From a virus (taxonomy: Duplodnaviria; Caudoviricetes), in the IMG/VR virus record IMGVR_UViG_3300042881_000493, positions 1-63,860 of that record: 63,860 bases of DNA; one strand, written 5' to 3'. Under the pieces are notes generated by a model. It did no database searches. It worked only from the letters and a program-made list of their open reading frames with translations, and had not been told where the DNA came from. Positions 55,447 to 63,860 of this stretch are shown piece after piece. The position numbers and the translations under genes are program-made. Position 1 is the stretch's first letter. The number at the start of each line of letters is the position of its first letter.

Positions 55447-56933
55447 AGCTAGAAGATTTGATTGAAAAGTTGCCTGCAAACGAGCAGGAGGAATTCTTGG
55501 CGAGTGTTGAGACGTATAAGAGTGCGTTGACTCGTGAGAGGTCTCATGCTTCTTTCATGGAATATATTAAGCAGATGTGGCCGGGATTTGTGGGGGGAAG
55601 ACATCATTCGTTGATGGCTAAGAAGTTTGAGGATATAGCTAATGGGAAGATTAAACGGTTAATCATTAATATGGCTCCTAGGCATACTAAGTCTGAGTTT
55701 GCCTCCTATCTATTACCGTCATGGTTCCTTGGCCGTTTCCCGAATAAGAAGGTTATCCAGTGTTCTAACACCGCTGATCTCGCTGTAGGATTTGGTAGGA
55801 AGGTTAGGAACTTAGTAGATTCAGAACAGTACTCTAGGATCTTTCCTAACGTTGCTTTGAGACAAGATAGTAAAGCTGCTGGCCGCTGGGCGACCAGTGG
55901 GGGAGGGGAGTACTTTGCTATCGGTGTACAAGGTACTGTTACCGGAAAAGGTGCTGATCTTTTAATTATTGACGATCCTCACTCTGAACAGGAAGCGGCT
56001 TTAGCTCAGGGGGATCCTACTGTTTTTGATAAAGTTTACGAGTGGTACACCTCTGGGCCTAGACAACGTTTACAGCCGGGTGGGGCTATTGTTGTTGTGA
56101 TGACCCGTTGGTCGGAGAAAGACCTGACTGGTAGGATTATTAAAGATGCAGCCAGTAGGGATAAAGGGGAGGAGTGGGAGGTTATAGAGTTACCTGCAAT
56201 CATGCCTAGCGGGAAACCTTTATGGCCAGAGTTCTGGAGTCTAGAGGAATTAGAAGCTCTGAGAGAAGAACTTCCTCCTTCTAAGTGGAACGCTCAGTAT
56301 CAGCAAAACCCTACGGGAGAAGAGGGTGCTTTAGTTAAACGGGAGTGGTGGAAGATTTGGGAGCATGAGGATCCTCCTAAGTGTGAATTTATTATTCAAA
56401 GTTGGGATACCGCTTTTACTAAGAATGAGCGATCAGACTATTCCGCCTGCGTGACCCTTGGGGTATTTCACTTAAATGAGAACCCAGAAGATATTAATAT
56501 TATTCTGTTAGATGCTTTCCAGAAAAGGATGGAGTTCCCTGAATTGAAGGAGAAAGCTTACGAGCACTACAAGGATTGGGAGCCGGATGCTTTTGTTGTG
56601 GAGGCTAAGGCTGCCGGCGCTCCGCTGATATTTGAATTAAGACGGATGGGGATAGTTGTTAGTGAATACACCCCGTCTAGAGGTAATGATAAATTTGTGC
56701 GACTAAATTCGGTGACTGATTTGTTCAAGTCGGGTAAAGTATGGGCACCTGATACGAGGTGGGCGCACGAGTTAGTTGAGCAGATGGCGGCGTTTCCGAA
56801 TGCTGACCATGATGACTTGGTTGATGCTTGTGTTCAAGCACTGATTCGTTTCAGACAAGGTGGGTTTTTGCGGCTCGATACAGACGAGCGTGAAGATCTA
56901 ATCGGCTTCAGAAAGAAGCACGTTTACTATTGA
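55443..56933 (+). CDS. terL: Terminase large subunit
   Basis: INMAPRHTKS, LLIIDDPH, MTRW, QYQQNP, QSWDTA, VEAKAAG, HDDLVD. Confidence 0.95.
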   Translation: MKLEDLIEKLPANEQEEFLASVETYKSALTRERSHASFMEYIKQMWPGFVGGRHHSLMAKKFEDIANGKIKRLIINMAPRHTKSEFASYLLPSWFLGRFPNKKVIQCSNTADLAVGFGRKVRNLVDSEQYSRIFPNVALRQDSKAAGRWATSGGGEYFAIGVQGTVTGKGADLLIIDDPHSEQEAALAQGDPTVFDKVYEWYTSGPRQRLQPGGAIVVVMTRWSEKDLTGRIIKDAASRDKGEEWEVIELPAIMPSGKPLWPEFWSLEELEALREELPPSKWNAQYQQNPTGEEGALVKREWWKIWEHEDPPKCEFIIQSWDTAFTKNERSDYSACVTLGVFHLNENPEDINIILLDAFQKRMEFPELKEKAYEHYKDWEPDAFVVEAKAAGAPLIFELRRMGIVVSEYTPSRGNDKFVRLNSVTDLFKSGKVWAPDTRWAHELVEQMAAFPNADHDDLVDACVQALIRFRQGGFLRLDTDEREDLIGFRKKHVYY

Positions 56934-56940
56934 GGCTCTC

Positions 56941-59307
56941 ATGGAAAAATCTTTATACGAAATGCCCAAAGGCATTGAATCTCTGGAAGGCCCAGAAATT
57001 GAAATCGAAGTTGAGAATCCTGAATCTATGTCTATTGAGATAGATGGGATTGAGATTGATCTGACTCCGCCGACCGGAGGAGAAGATCAATTTGACGACA
57101 ACTTGGCTGAGTTCATGGACGAAAGCGTATTAGCTACGATTGGATCTGATCTGGTGGAAGAGGTGTCTAGTGATGTGACATCTCGCAAAGACTGGGTGGA
57201 GATGTATGTCAAGGGTCTAGATGTTTTGGGGATGAAGTATGAAGAACGTACTGAGCCGTGGAATGGTGCTTGTGGAGTTTTCTCTACGATCCTTACAGAA
57301 GCTGCGGTTAGGTTCCAGAGCGAGACGATTATTGAAACGTTCCCTGCGGCGGGGCCAGTCAAAACTGAAATTATTGGTGCAATTGACCGACTTAAAACTG
57401 AAGCGGCTGCGCGAGTTCAGGAGGACATGAACTATAAGCTCACAGAGGAGATGCCTGAGTATCGCCCTGAGCACGAGAGGATGTTGTTTAACTTAGGTCT
57501 AGCTGGTTCGGCCTTTAAGAAGGTTTACTATGATCCCAGTTTGGGACGACAGACTTCTGTCTACGTACCCGCCGAGGATGTGATTATTCCTTACGGCTCT
57601 AGTAGTTCTAGGACAGCAGAGAGAGTTACGCACATCATGCGTAAGTCTAAGAATGAACTAAAGAAACTACAGGTAGCAGGCTTCTATGTTGATGTAGATC
57701 TGGGAGAGCCTAGTAACTTACACACTGACGTAGAGAAGAAAAAAGCGGACGAGCAGGGTTACTCAGTAACTGACGACGACCGCTACCAGATTTATGAAAT
57801 CCAAGTTGACTACGATCTGCCGGGCTATGAAGATGAAGACGGTATTGCTTTACCTTACATCATCACGATTGACGTTGGGACTAATAAAGTTTTATCTATT
57901 TACAGGAACTGGAATGAATCAGATAAGAAGCGCCTTAAGAGACAACACTTTGTTCAGTACGATTATGTACCCGGCTTTGGTGCTTATGGCTTTGGTTTCA
58001 TACATCTTATTGGTGGTTATGCCAGAGCCGGTACGTCTCTTATTAGACAACTCATTGATGCTGGCACATTAAGCAATCTGCCCGGCGGCTTGAAGTCTAG
58101 AGGACTCCGAGTTAAAGGTGACGATACACCTATCGCTCCCGGCGAATTCCGAGATGTAGACGTACCTAGTGGTTCTATCAAAGACAACATCATGATGCTT
58201 CCTTATAAGGAGCCATCACAAGTTTTGTCTATGTTGTTGGATAAGGTCACTGAAGAGGGTAGACGTTTAGGATCTATTGCTGATATGAACATCAGCGATA
58301 TGTCTGCTAATTCTCCAGTAGGAACTACGTTAGCTTTGTTAGAGCGTCAATTGAAAACGATGTCTGCTGTGCAGGCGCGGGTTCACTACGCTATGAAACA
58401 AGAGTTCAAGATCCTAAAGGCGATCATTCGTGACTACGCTCCTACAGAGTATGAGTACGAACCCACCTCTGGTACGAGGATGGCTAAGCAGGAAGACTAT
58501 GACATGGTGGATGTCATACCTGTATCAGATCCTAATAGCTCGACGATGGCTCAAAGGATCATGCAGTACCAAGCTGTGATGCAGATGGCGCAGCAAGCTC
58601 CGCAGATCTACAACTTACCTAACCTACATCGTCAGATGATTGAGGTTTTGGGTATTAAGAATGGCGAGAAGTTAGTACCGACTCCTGACGATGAACAACC
58701 AAGAGATCCTATCTCTGAGAACATGGCGTTCTTGAAGGGCGAACCTACTAAAGCGTTCATCTATCAGGATCAAGATGCTCACATTGCGGCTCATACGACG
58801 TTTATGCAAGATCCAATGATTGCTGCAACGATGGGACAGAACCCTATGGCTCAGCAAATGATGGCGGCTATCCAAGCTCACATCGCGGAGCACTTAGGAT
58901 TCTTGTACAGACGCAAGATTGAAGAGCAAATGGGTGTACCGCTTCCTCCTCCAAACGAAAAACTGCCAGAAGATGTGGAAGTTCAGTTGTCAAAGCTTAT
59001 TGCCGAGGCAAGTGCCCAGCTTTTACAGAGCAATACCGCTATGGCTCAGCAGAAACAAGCTCAACAACAGGCGCAAGACCCGCTTATTCAGATGCAACAA
59101 GCTGAATTGCAGATCAAAGCGGAAGAACTCAAGCGTAAAACTGCAAAAGATCAGGCGGATATGGCTTTAGCGCAGGCTAGATTGGCCATTGATGCTGAAA
59201 GAATCAAAGCAGAGGGCCAAAGAGAGGCTATGAGACTGCAATCCCAGCAGAAACAGACCGAACAGAAGCTTAAAGCTGATGTTATTACCAAAATGACGCG
59301 AGGCTAA
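56941..59307 (+). CDS. Portal protein
   Basis: Follows terL; GSAFKKVYYD, LIDAGTLSNLPGG, PVSDPN; Q-rich coiled-coil C-terminus. Confidence 0.9.
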   Translation: MEKSLYEMPKGIESLEGPEIEIEVENPESMSIEIDGIEIDLTPPTGGEDQFDDNLAEFMDESVLATIGSDLVEEVSSDVTSRKDWVEMYVKGLDVLGMKYEERTEPWNGACGVFSTILTEAAVRFQSETIIETFPAAGPVKTEIIGAIDRLKTEAAARVQEDMNYKLTEEMPEYRPEHERMLFNLGLAGSAFKKVYYDPSLGRQTSVYVPAEDVIIPYGSSSSRTAERVTHIMRKSKNELKKLQVAGFYVDVDLGEPSNLHTDVEKKKADEQGYSVTDDDRYQIYEIQVDYDLPGYEDEDGIALPYIITIDVGTNKVLSIYRNWNESDKKRLKRQHFVQYDYVPGFGAYGFGFIHLIGGYARAGTSLIRQLIDAGTLSNLPGGLKSRGLRVKGDDTPIAPGEFRDVDVPSGSIKDNIMMLPYKEPSQVLSMLLDKVTEEGRRLGSIADMNISDMSANSPVGTTLALLERQLKTMSAVQARVHYAMKQEFKILKAIIRDYAPTEYEYEPTSGTRMAKQEDYDMVDVIPVSDPNSSTMAQRIMQYQAVMQMAQQAPQIYNLPNLHRQMIEVLGIKNGEKLVPTPDDEQPRDPISENMAFLKGEPTKAFIYQDQDAHIAAHTTFMQDPMIAATMGQNPMAQQMMAAIQAHIAEHLGFLYRRKIEEQMGVPLPPPNEKLPEDVEVQLSKLIAEASAQLLQSNTAMAQQKQAQQQAQDPLIQMQQAELQIKAEELKRKTAKDQADMALAQARLAIDAERIKAEGQREAMRLQSQQKQTEQKLKADVITKMTRG

Positions 59308-60093
59308 ATGACAAAACCGCTAGTTTCCCTACTAATGGCTGCGTATAACAACGTGGCTTACATTAAAAACGCTATTGATAGCGCAAAAAAGCAGACTTAT
59401 AAGAATTGGGAACTAATAATTCTCGATGATGGGTCTGATGATGGTACGTGGGAGCTAGCGGAAGTCTTATCTAAGGGCGATAAACGCATAAAAGTCCACA
59501 AAAATGGGGTAAATATTGGCTATAACAGCACAATGTTGAAGCTTTCTGGGCTTGCAAAAGGGGACTTTTATGCTCATTTTGACAGCGATGACATGCTTGA
59601 AAGGTATGCCATTGAGGAGATGTTGCTGGCTTTTGACCAGCTACCAAACGTAAAGTTCATTTACTCTGACTTTGCCCAGATAGGTAAGAAGGGTGAGGTC
59701 GAACATTATTCCCCAAGTCCCACATTTGATCCTAATAAATTACATCAACACGGGTGGAGACATTTTGGAATGTACCGCTCAGATGTAATGAAGCACATTC
59801 AAGGTTACAACGAGAAGCTGGCTAGTACTAATGGCTGTGCAGATGGCGATTTGTTTATGCAAATTGTCGAGAAGTTTCCTGCGGCACGATTACCTAAAGT
59901 GTTGTATTTATACAGAAACCACGGAAATAACATTAGTACAAAGAATGCTAAGTGCGAAGCGTGTCCATTAAGAATGGATTGCAACTTTGCACGAGTATGG
60001 TGTAAGTCGGCTAACTACGACATTACTACTTTTAAACCAATAGAGGTGCATCATGGAACTGAAGATATTCGAAGTCTTGAACCAAAAAATTAA
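59308..60093 (+). CDS. GT2 family glycosyltransferase
   Basis: PLVSLLMAAYN, QTYKNWELIILDDGSDDGT, FDSDD, LYLYR. Confidence 0.9.
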   Translation: MTKPLVSLLMAAYNNVAYIKNAIDSAKKQTYKNWELIILDDGSDDGTWELAEVLSKGDKRIKVHKNGVNIGYNSTMLKLSGLAKGDFYAHFDSDDMLERYAIEEMLLAFDQLPNVKFIYSDFAQIGKKGEVEHYSPSPTFDPNKLHQHGWRHFGMYRSDVMKHIQGYNEKLASTNGCADGDLFMQIVEKFPAARLPKVLYLYRNHGNNISTKNAKCEACPLRMDCNFARVWCKSANYDITTFKPIEVHHGTEDIRSLEPKN

Positions 60094-60250
60094 TGAGCGG
60101 GTTCAGGATATTAGTGGATCTTTATGTGACGGCGTGGCTAAAGACTACGCTGATTACAGGGGAATGTGCGGAGTAATCAAGGGTCTACGAACCGCGCAGT
60201 ATGAGTTGAATGACCTTTTAAGAAAAATTAAGGATGATGACGATGAGTGA
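60053..60250 (+). CDS. Conserved small head-region protein
   Basis: AKDYADYRGMCGVIKGL; GAGG RBS. Confidence 0.7.
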   Translation: MELKIFEVLNQKINERVQDISGSLCDGVAKDYADYRGMCGVIKGLRTAQYELNDLLRKIKDDDDE

Positions 60251-60650
60251 ATTTGATGTGTCTGCTGTTGATCTTTCTGGCCTTCTAAACAAAGAACCAG
60301 AGGAGAAAGCACGACAAGTGCCCGATCCCGCTACTTACCATATTCTTTGTATGCTCCCCAAAGCTGAAGAGGAATTTAGCGAAACTGGCATTTTAAAATC
60401 AGCCACTGCAATGCTTCACGAAGAATTGCTTTCTCCCGTCTTGTTTGTGGCCAAGATTGGCCCAGACGCTTTTAAAGACGAAAAACGATTTCCTTCAGGG
60501 GCTTCATGCAAAGTTGGAGACTTCATCATTACGCGACCTAATACTGGGACGCGAATGAAGATACACGGTACCGAGTGGCGACTGATTAACGACGATAGCG
60601 TCGAAGCGGTTGTTCAGGATCCCCGTGGAATTCAGCGACCTAACTATTAA
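60243..60650 (+). CDS. groES: GroES-like co-chaperonin
   Basis: VAKIGPDAF...CKVGDF...GTRMKIHG.EWRLINDDSVEAVV. Confidence 0.8.
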   Translation: MSEFDVSAVDLSGLLNKEPEEKARQVPDPATYHILCMLPKAEEEFSETGILKSATAMLHEELLSPVLFVAKIGPDAFKDEKRFPSGASCKVGDFIITRPNTGTRMKIHGTEWRLINDDSVEAVVQDPRGIQRPNY

Positions 60651-60660
60651 GGAGTAGTTT

Positions 60661-61587
60661 ATGGATAATTTTAATAAAGAAGAATTTGCATTTCCTGATG
60701 AAGTTGACAAAAAAACAACAGTTCAGGAAGATGACGGCGGTGTAGATGTAGAGATTGAAACCTCTTCAAAAGAAACAAAATCTACTCGGTCTAATGACGA
60801 TGACGAGATTGAAAAGTATGATGAAAAGGTAAAGAAGCGTATTGCTGATTTACAGTCTGGCTTTCACAGTGAACGCCGCCGTGCTGAGGAAGCTGCCCGC
60901 GAGCGGGAAGAGGCTATTGCTTTTGCTCAATCTGTGGCCGAAGAGAATAAAAAGCTCAAAGGTTCATTATCTGAGGGGCAGTCAGCATTACTAGAACAAG
61001 CTAAAAAAGTAGTATCTAATGAGGTTGATGAAGCAAAACGACGCTACAAAAGTGCGTATGAATCGGGTGATTCTGACGCTTTAGTTGAGGCTCAGGAGTT
61101 ATTAACTTCTGCCAAAATTAAAATGGAGCGAGTAAATAATTTTAAACCCGCTTTACAAAAAGAAGAAAATGAAGTAAAAATCGCACCTAGGGAAGTCCCT
61201 CGCCAGCCACAAGTAGATCCTAAAGCTGCTAGATGGCAAAGCGAGAATTCTTGGTTTGGCAGTGATGATGAGATGACCAGCTTTGCTCTGGGCTTACATA
61301 CTAAGCTCATTAAGAATGGTATCGACCCTAACTCCGACGAATATTACACGCGACTTAATTCGCGTATTCGCCAAGTGTTTCCAGAGAACTTCGATCTGGA
61401 TAACAACGAATCGGAAACTCAAACGAGTTCCGCTCCTCGTCAAAAATCGAATGTCGTCGCACCTGCGACACGGAGCACCTCATCTTCCAAGATCCGGCTC
61501 ACTCCATTTCAGGTAACGATGGCTAAAAAGTTCGGCGTATCCCACGAACTGATGGCTCAAAAAATTGCAGAATTAAGAAAAGGTTAA
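60661..61587 (+). CDS. Capsid scaffolding protein (putative)
   Basis: Acidic N-terminus, coiled coil, WQSENSWFG, C-terminal KIRLTPFQVTMAKKFGVS. Confidence 0.7.
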   Translation: MDNFNKEEFAFPDEVDKKTTVQEDDGGVDVEIETSSKETKSTRSNDDDEIEKYDEKVKKRIADLQSGFHSERRRAEEAAREREEAIAFAQSVAEENKKLKGSLSEGQSALLEQAKKVVSNEVDEAKRRYKSAYESGDSDALVEAQELLTSAKIKMERVNNFKPALQKEENEVKIAPREVPRQPQVDPKAARWQSENSWFGSDDEMTSFALGLHTKLIKNGIDPNSDEYYTRLNSRIRQVFPENFDLDNNESETQTSSAPRQKSNVVAPATRSTSSSKIRLTPFQVTMAKKFGVSHELMAQKIAELRKG

Positions 61588-61591
61588 TGAT

Positions 61592-62050
61592 ATGTCTGAA
61601 ACTCAAACTCGCGCTAAACGTGAAACTGAAAGCCGTGAAGCTGTTGCTCGTCCAAAACGTTGGATGCCGCCACAGCTTTTGCCTGATCCTCATCCAGAGC
61701 CGGGCTATGCTTTCCGTTGGATCCGTGTTAGTACCTTGAATAAGGAAGACGCTACCAATATTTCTTCAAAACTGCGTGAAGGCTGGGAACCCGTAAAGGC
61801 TTCTGACCATCCTGAAATTCGTTTGTTTGGATCTAGCAGCCATGCACAATTTCCAGATAGCGTTCAAGTCAGTGGTCTGTTACTTTGCAAAACACCCGTG
61901 GAATTTACTGAGCAGCGTAATGCGTACTATCGCAATCAAGCGGAAGCGCAGATGCAATCAGTAGACAACACCTATATGCGCGAAAATGATCCACGGATGC
62001 CTATGTTCAAAGAACGTAAGTCCACGGTCACTTTCGGAAAAGGTACTTAA
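61592..62050 (+). CDS. Conserved head-region protein
   Basis: GYAFRWIR...KLREGWEPV...GLLLCK. Confidence 0.7.
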   Translation: MSETQTRAKRETESREAVARPKRWMPPQLLPDPHPEPGYAFRWIRVSTLNKEDATNISSKLREGWEPVKASDHPEIRLFGSSSHAQFPDSVQVSGLLLCKTPVEFTEQRNAYYRNQAEAQMQSVDNTYMRENDPRMPMFKERKSTVTFGKGT

Positions 62051-62069
62051 ATTTTTTTGGAGACTTAAA

Positions 62070-62675
62070 ATGTCAATGACCAATACCCCCTATGGCCTTC
62101 GAGCCATTAATCGTAACGACGGCATGCCCTATGCTGGCGCTACGAGTCAGTTCCTGATTGACCCAACCAGCGGCGCTGGTACTAACTTGTTCTTTGGACA
62201 AGCTGTTCTCATCAATGCAGACGGTTATATCGCTTTGTGTACCGCTACCGGCGCAGACTTAACTACCAATAACCTTGGTGGTTCTAGTTTGGGTGCTTGG
62301 GGCGTTTTTGTTGGTGCATCCTACATCAACGCACAAGGCCAGCAGATTTACGGTCAGTACTATCCCTCCGGCACAACCGGCGTGGTAACTGCATACGTTA
62401 TCACTGACCCTAACGTGACTTTCCAAGCTCAATTGGATGGCCAAGTTACTCAGGCCGCTCTTGGCGCAAACACCTTCTTTGCTGCTGCACAGTCTACTTC
62501 TACAGGTTCTACCCGTACAGGTAACTCTACCAGCGCCTTGGAGAGCACAGTAGTTACTACTGCCGCTGCGTTTAAGATCATCGGTTTCGCCTCCCCATTG
62601 ACTGATACTTACACTGAAGTGTTTGTTAAGTTCAATCCCGGCGCTTCCGCTTTCACTAACGCCGTTGGCATCTAA
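62070..62675 (+). CDS. Capsid decoration/cement-like protein
   Basis: PYGLRAI, GVFVG, AYVITDPNVTFQAQ; directly upstream of MCP. Confidence 0.65.
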   Translation: MSMTNTPYGLRAINRNDGMPYAGATSQFLIDPTSGAGTNLFFGQAVLINADGYIALCTATGADLTTNNLGGSSLGAWGVFVGASYINAQGQQIYGQYYPSGTTGVVTAYVITDPNVTFQAQLDGQVTQAALGANTFFAAAQSTSTGSTRTGNSTSALESTVVTTAAAFKIIGFASPLTDTYTEVFVKFNPGASAFTNAVGI

Positions 62676-62686
62676 GGAGCTAAATC

Positions 62687-63598
62687 ATGGCTATTTCACG
62701 CGCACAACTGCTCAAAGAATTACTCCCCGGCTTGAACGCTTTGTTCGGTCTTGAGTACGCTAAATACGGCGAAGAGCACAAAGAAATCTACGAAACAGAA
62801 TCATCTGAGCGTAGCTTTGAAGAAGAGACAAAGCTGTCTGGCTTCGGTCAAGCACCTGTCAAAAACGAGGGTTCTGCCATCGCTTATGACAATGCACAGG
62901 AAGCATTTACTGCACGTTATACACACGAAACCATTGCGATGGGCTTTGCCATCACAGAGGAAGCTGTGGAAGATAACTTGTACGACAGCCTGTCTTCACG
63001 TTATACCAAGGCTTTGGCCCGTGGTATGGCTTACACCAAGCAAGTTAAAGCCGCTTTTGTGTTGAACAACGCATTTTCTGGCTCTGGCGTGACCTACGGT
63101 GACGGCGTTACTTTGTGTAACACTGCCCACCCATTGGTCTCTGGTGGTACTAACAGTAACACTCCATCTACCGCTTCTGACTTGAATGAAACATCGTTGG
63201 AAAACGCTGTTATTCAAATCGCTGCTTGGACAGATGAGCGTAGCTTGTTGATCGCCGCTAAGCCTAAGAAGTTGGTGATTCCACCTGCTCTGCAATTCGT
63301 TGCTACTCGTTTGCTTGAAACCGAACTCCGTGTTTCTACAGCCGACAATGACATCAACGCTTTGAAGAACAATGGTTCTATCCCTGAAGGCTATTGCATT
63401 AACCACTACTTGACAGACACCAATGCTTGGTTCCTGTTGACTGATGTGCCTAATGGTTTAAAGCACTTCATCCGCACTCCCATGTCTACTGGCATGGACG
63501 GTGACTTTGACACAGGTAACGTTCGTTACAAAGCCCGTGAGCGTTACAGCTTCGGCGTGTCAGATCCATTGGGTATCTTCGGTTCACCCGGAGCCTAA
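62687..63598 (+). CDS. Major capsid protein (Mu gpT-like family)
   Basis: MAISRAQLLKELLPGLNALFG, KPKKLVIPPAL, NHYLTDTNAWF, DFDTGNVRYKARERYSFG. Confidence 0.92.
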   Translation: MAISRAQLLKELLPGLNALFGLEYAKYGEEHKEIYETESSERSFEEETKLSGFGQAPVKNEGSAIAYDNAQEAFTARYTHETIAMGFAITEEAVEDNLYDSLSSRYTKALARGMAYTKQVKAAFVLNNAFSGSGVTYGDGVTLCNTAHPLVSGGTNSNTPSTASDLNETSLENAVIQIAAWTDERSLLIAAKPKKLVIPPALQFVATRLLETELRVSTADNDINALKNNGSIPEGYCINHYLTDTNAWFLLTDVPNGLKHFIRTPMSTGMDGDFDTGNVRYKARERYSFGVSDPLGIFGSPGA

Positions 63599-63614
63599 TA
63601 GGTCTAAAAAAAGA

Positions 63615-63636
63615 GGGAGCTTCGGCTCCCTTTTTT
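63615..63636 (+). terminator. Rho-independent terminator after MCP
   Basis: GGGAGC-TTCG-GCTCCC-TTTTTT, preceded by an A run. Confidence 0.9.
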
Positions 63637-63637
63637 C

Positions 63638-63666
63638 TTGCATTAGATTTATTGTAGTGGTATAAA
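63638..63666 (+). promoter_or_regulatory. Sigma70-type promoter
   Basis: TTGCAT-17 nt-TATAAA with TGn extended -10. Confidence 0.6.
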
Positions 63667-63673
63667 CATGTTA

Positions 63674-63749
63674 ATCCGGGCTTATCCGGTGCATTAGACA
63701 GTCCCGGCTGACGACATACAGACTGATGCACTTAACTTGTATGTAAGGA
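63674..63749 (+). ncRNA. Structured leader RNA downstream of MCP (Mu-gpT-DE-like candidate)
   Basis: Pairings GTGCATTAG/CTGATGCAC, CAG/CTG, CCGGG/CCCGG and ACATACA/TGTATGT. Confidence 0.55.
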
Positions 63750-63860
63750 ATACATCATGGCACGTACTACGTTTCAAGGCCCAGTTCGTTCATTGGGCGG
63801 CATTTATCAACAAGGCCCAGCGTCTATTGTTGACATCACAACAAGCACCACATTAAGCCC
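63715..63860 (+). repeat. Terminal direct repeat, right copy; contains the 5' part (from 63757) of the gene at 43
   Basis: Matches 1-146 with 5 substitutions. Confidence 0.95.

Noticed and set aside
60221-60231. AGAAAAATTAA as a seventh copy of the 20-bp palindrome
   Set aside because: Half-site only, inside coding sequence
63708-63750. Hammerhead ribozyme (CTGACGA followed by a CATACA/TGTATG stem)
   Set aside because: The required GAAA after stem II is missing (TAAG instead)
1-63860. Stop-codon reassignment, tRNA genes, integrated-prophage boundaries
   Set aside because: Core genes are intact under the standard code and use all three stops; no tRNA cloverleaf, integrase or host flank was recognised by eye

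Overview
The window is a near-complete, circularly permuted genome of a tailed dsDNA phage of about 63.7 kb. Its first and last 146 nt overlap, with 5 mismatches. It looks podovirus-like: there is no recognisable tape measure, tail tube or sheath, but there is a block of ejection-type proteins ending in an LPD38 polyvalent protein. Layout: packaging and head genes (terS, LexA-like wHTH, terL, portal, GT2, GroES, scaffold, Mu-gpT-like major capsid; 54.4-63.6 kb) continue across the junction into small basic virion proteins and adaptor/tail genes (0-9.2 kb). An accessory island (9.2-19.8 kb) holds four RCC1-repeat proteins, a sulfotransferase-TPR-GT9 fusion, an APS-kinase-like/HxGH fusion and an ADP-heptose cassette (hldC, cupin, hldA, hldD). 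Then come lysis genes, tail and ejection genes (21.4-37.1 kb), a leftward recombination block (ERF, PD-(D/E)XK nuclease, SSB-like), a ~0.9 kb structured non-coding region, a rightward ParB/helicase/primase block and a leftward array of tiny genes. No integrase, DNA polymerase, tRNA or CRISPR array was seen. Highlights: (1) a candidate virion heptosylation/sulfation system with a mucin-like VTPA-repeat protein as a possible substrate; (2) a 20-bp palindrome found six times, including in tandem before the LexA-like gene; (3) an unannotated 58-aa early protein resembling the scaffold C-terminus; (4) a repeated 16-bp RBS/start junction in the small-gene array; (5) two freestanding homing endonucleases with insertion footprints, one followed by a gene that appears to start at ATC; (6) structured RNA candidates (Mu-gpT-DE-like and c4-like). 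All product calls come from reading motifs by eye; no database searches were run.
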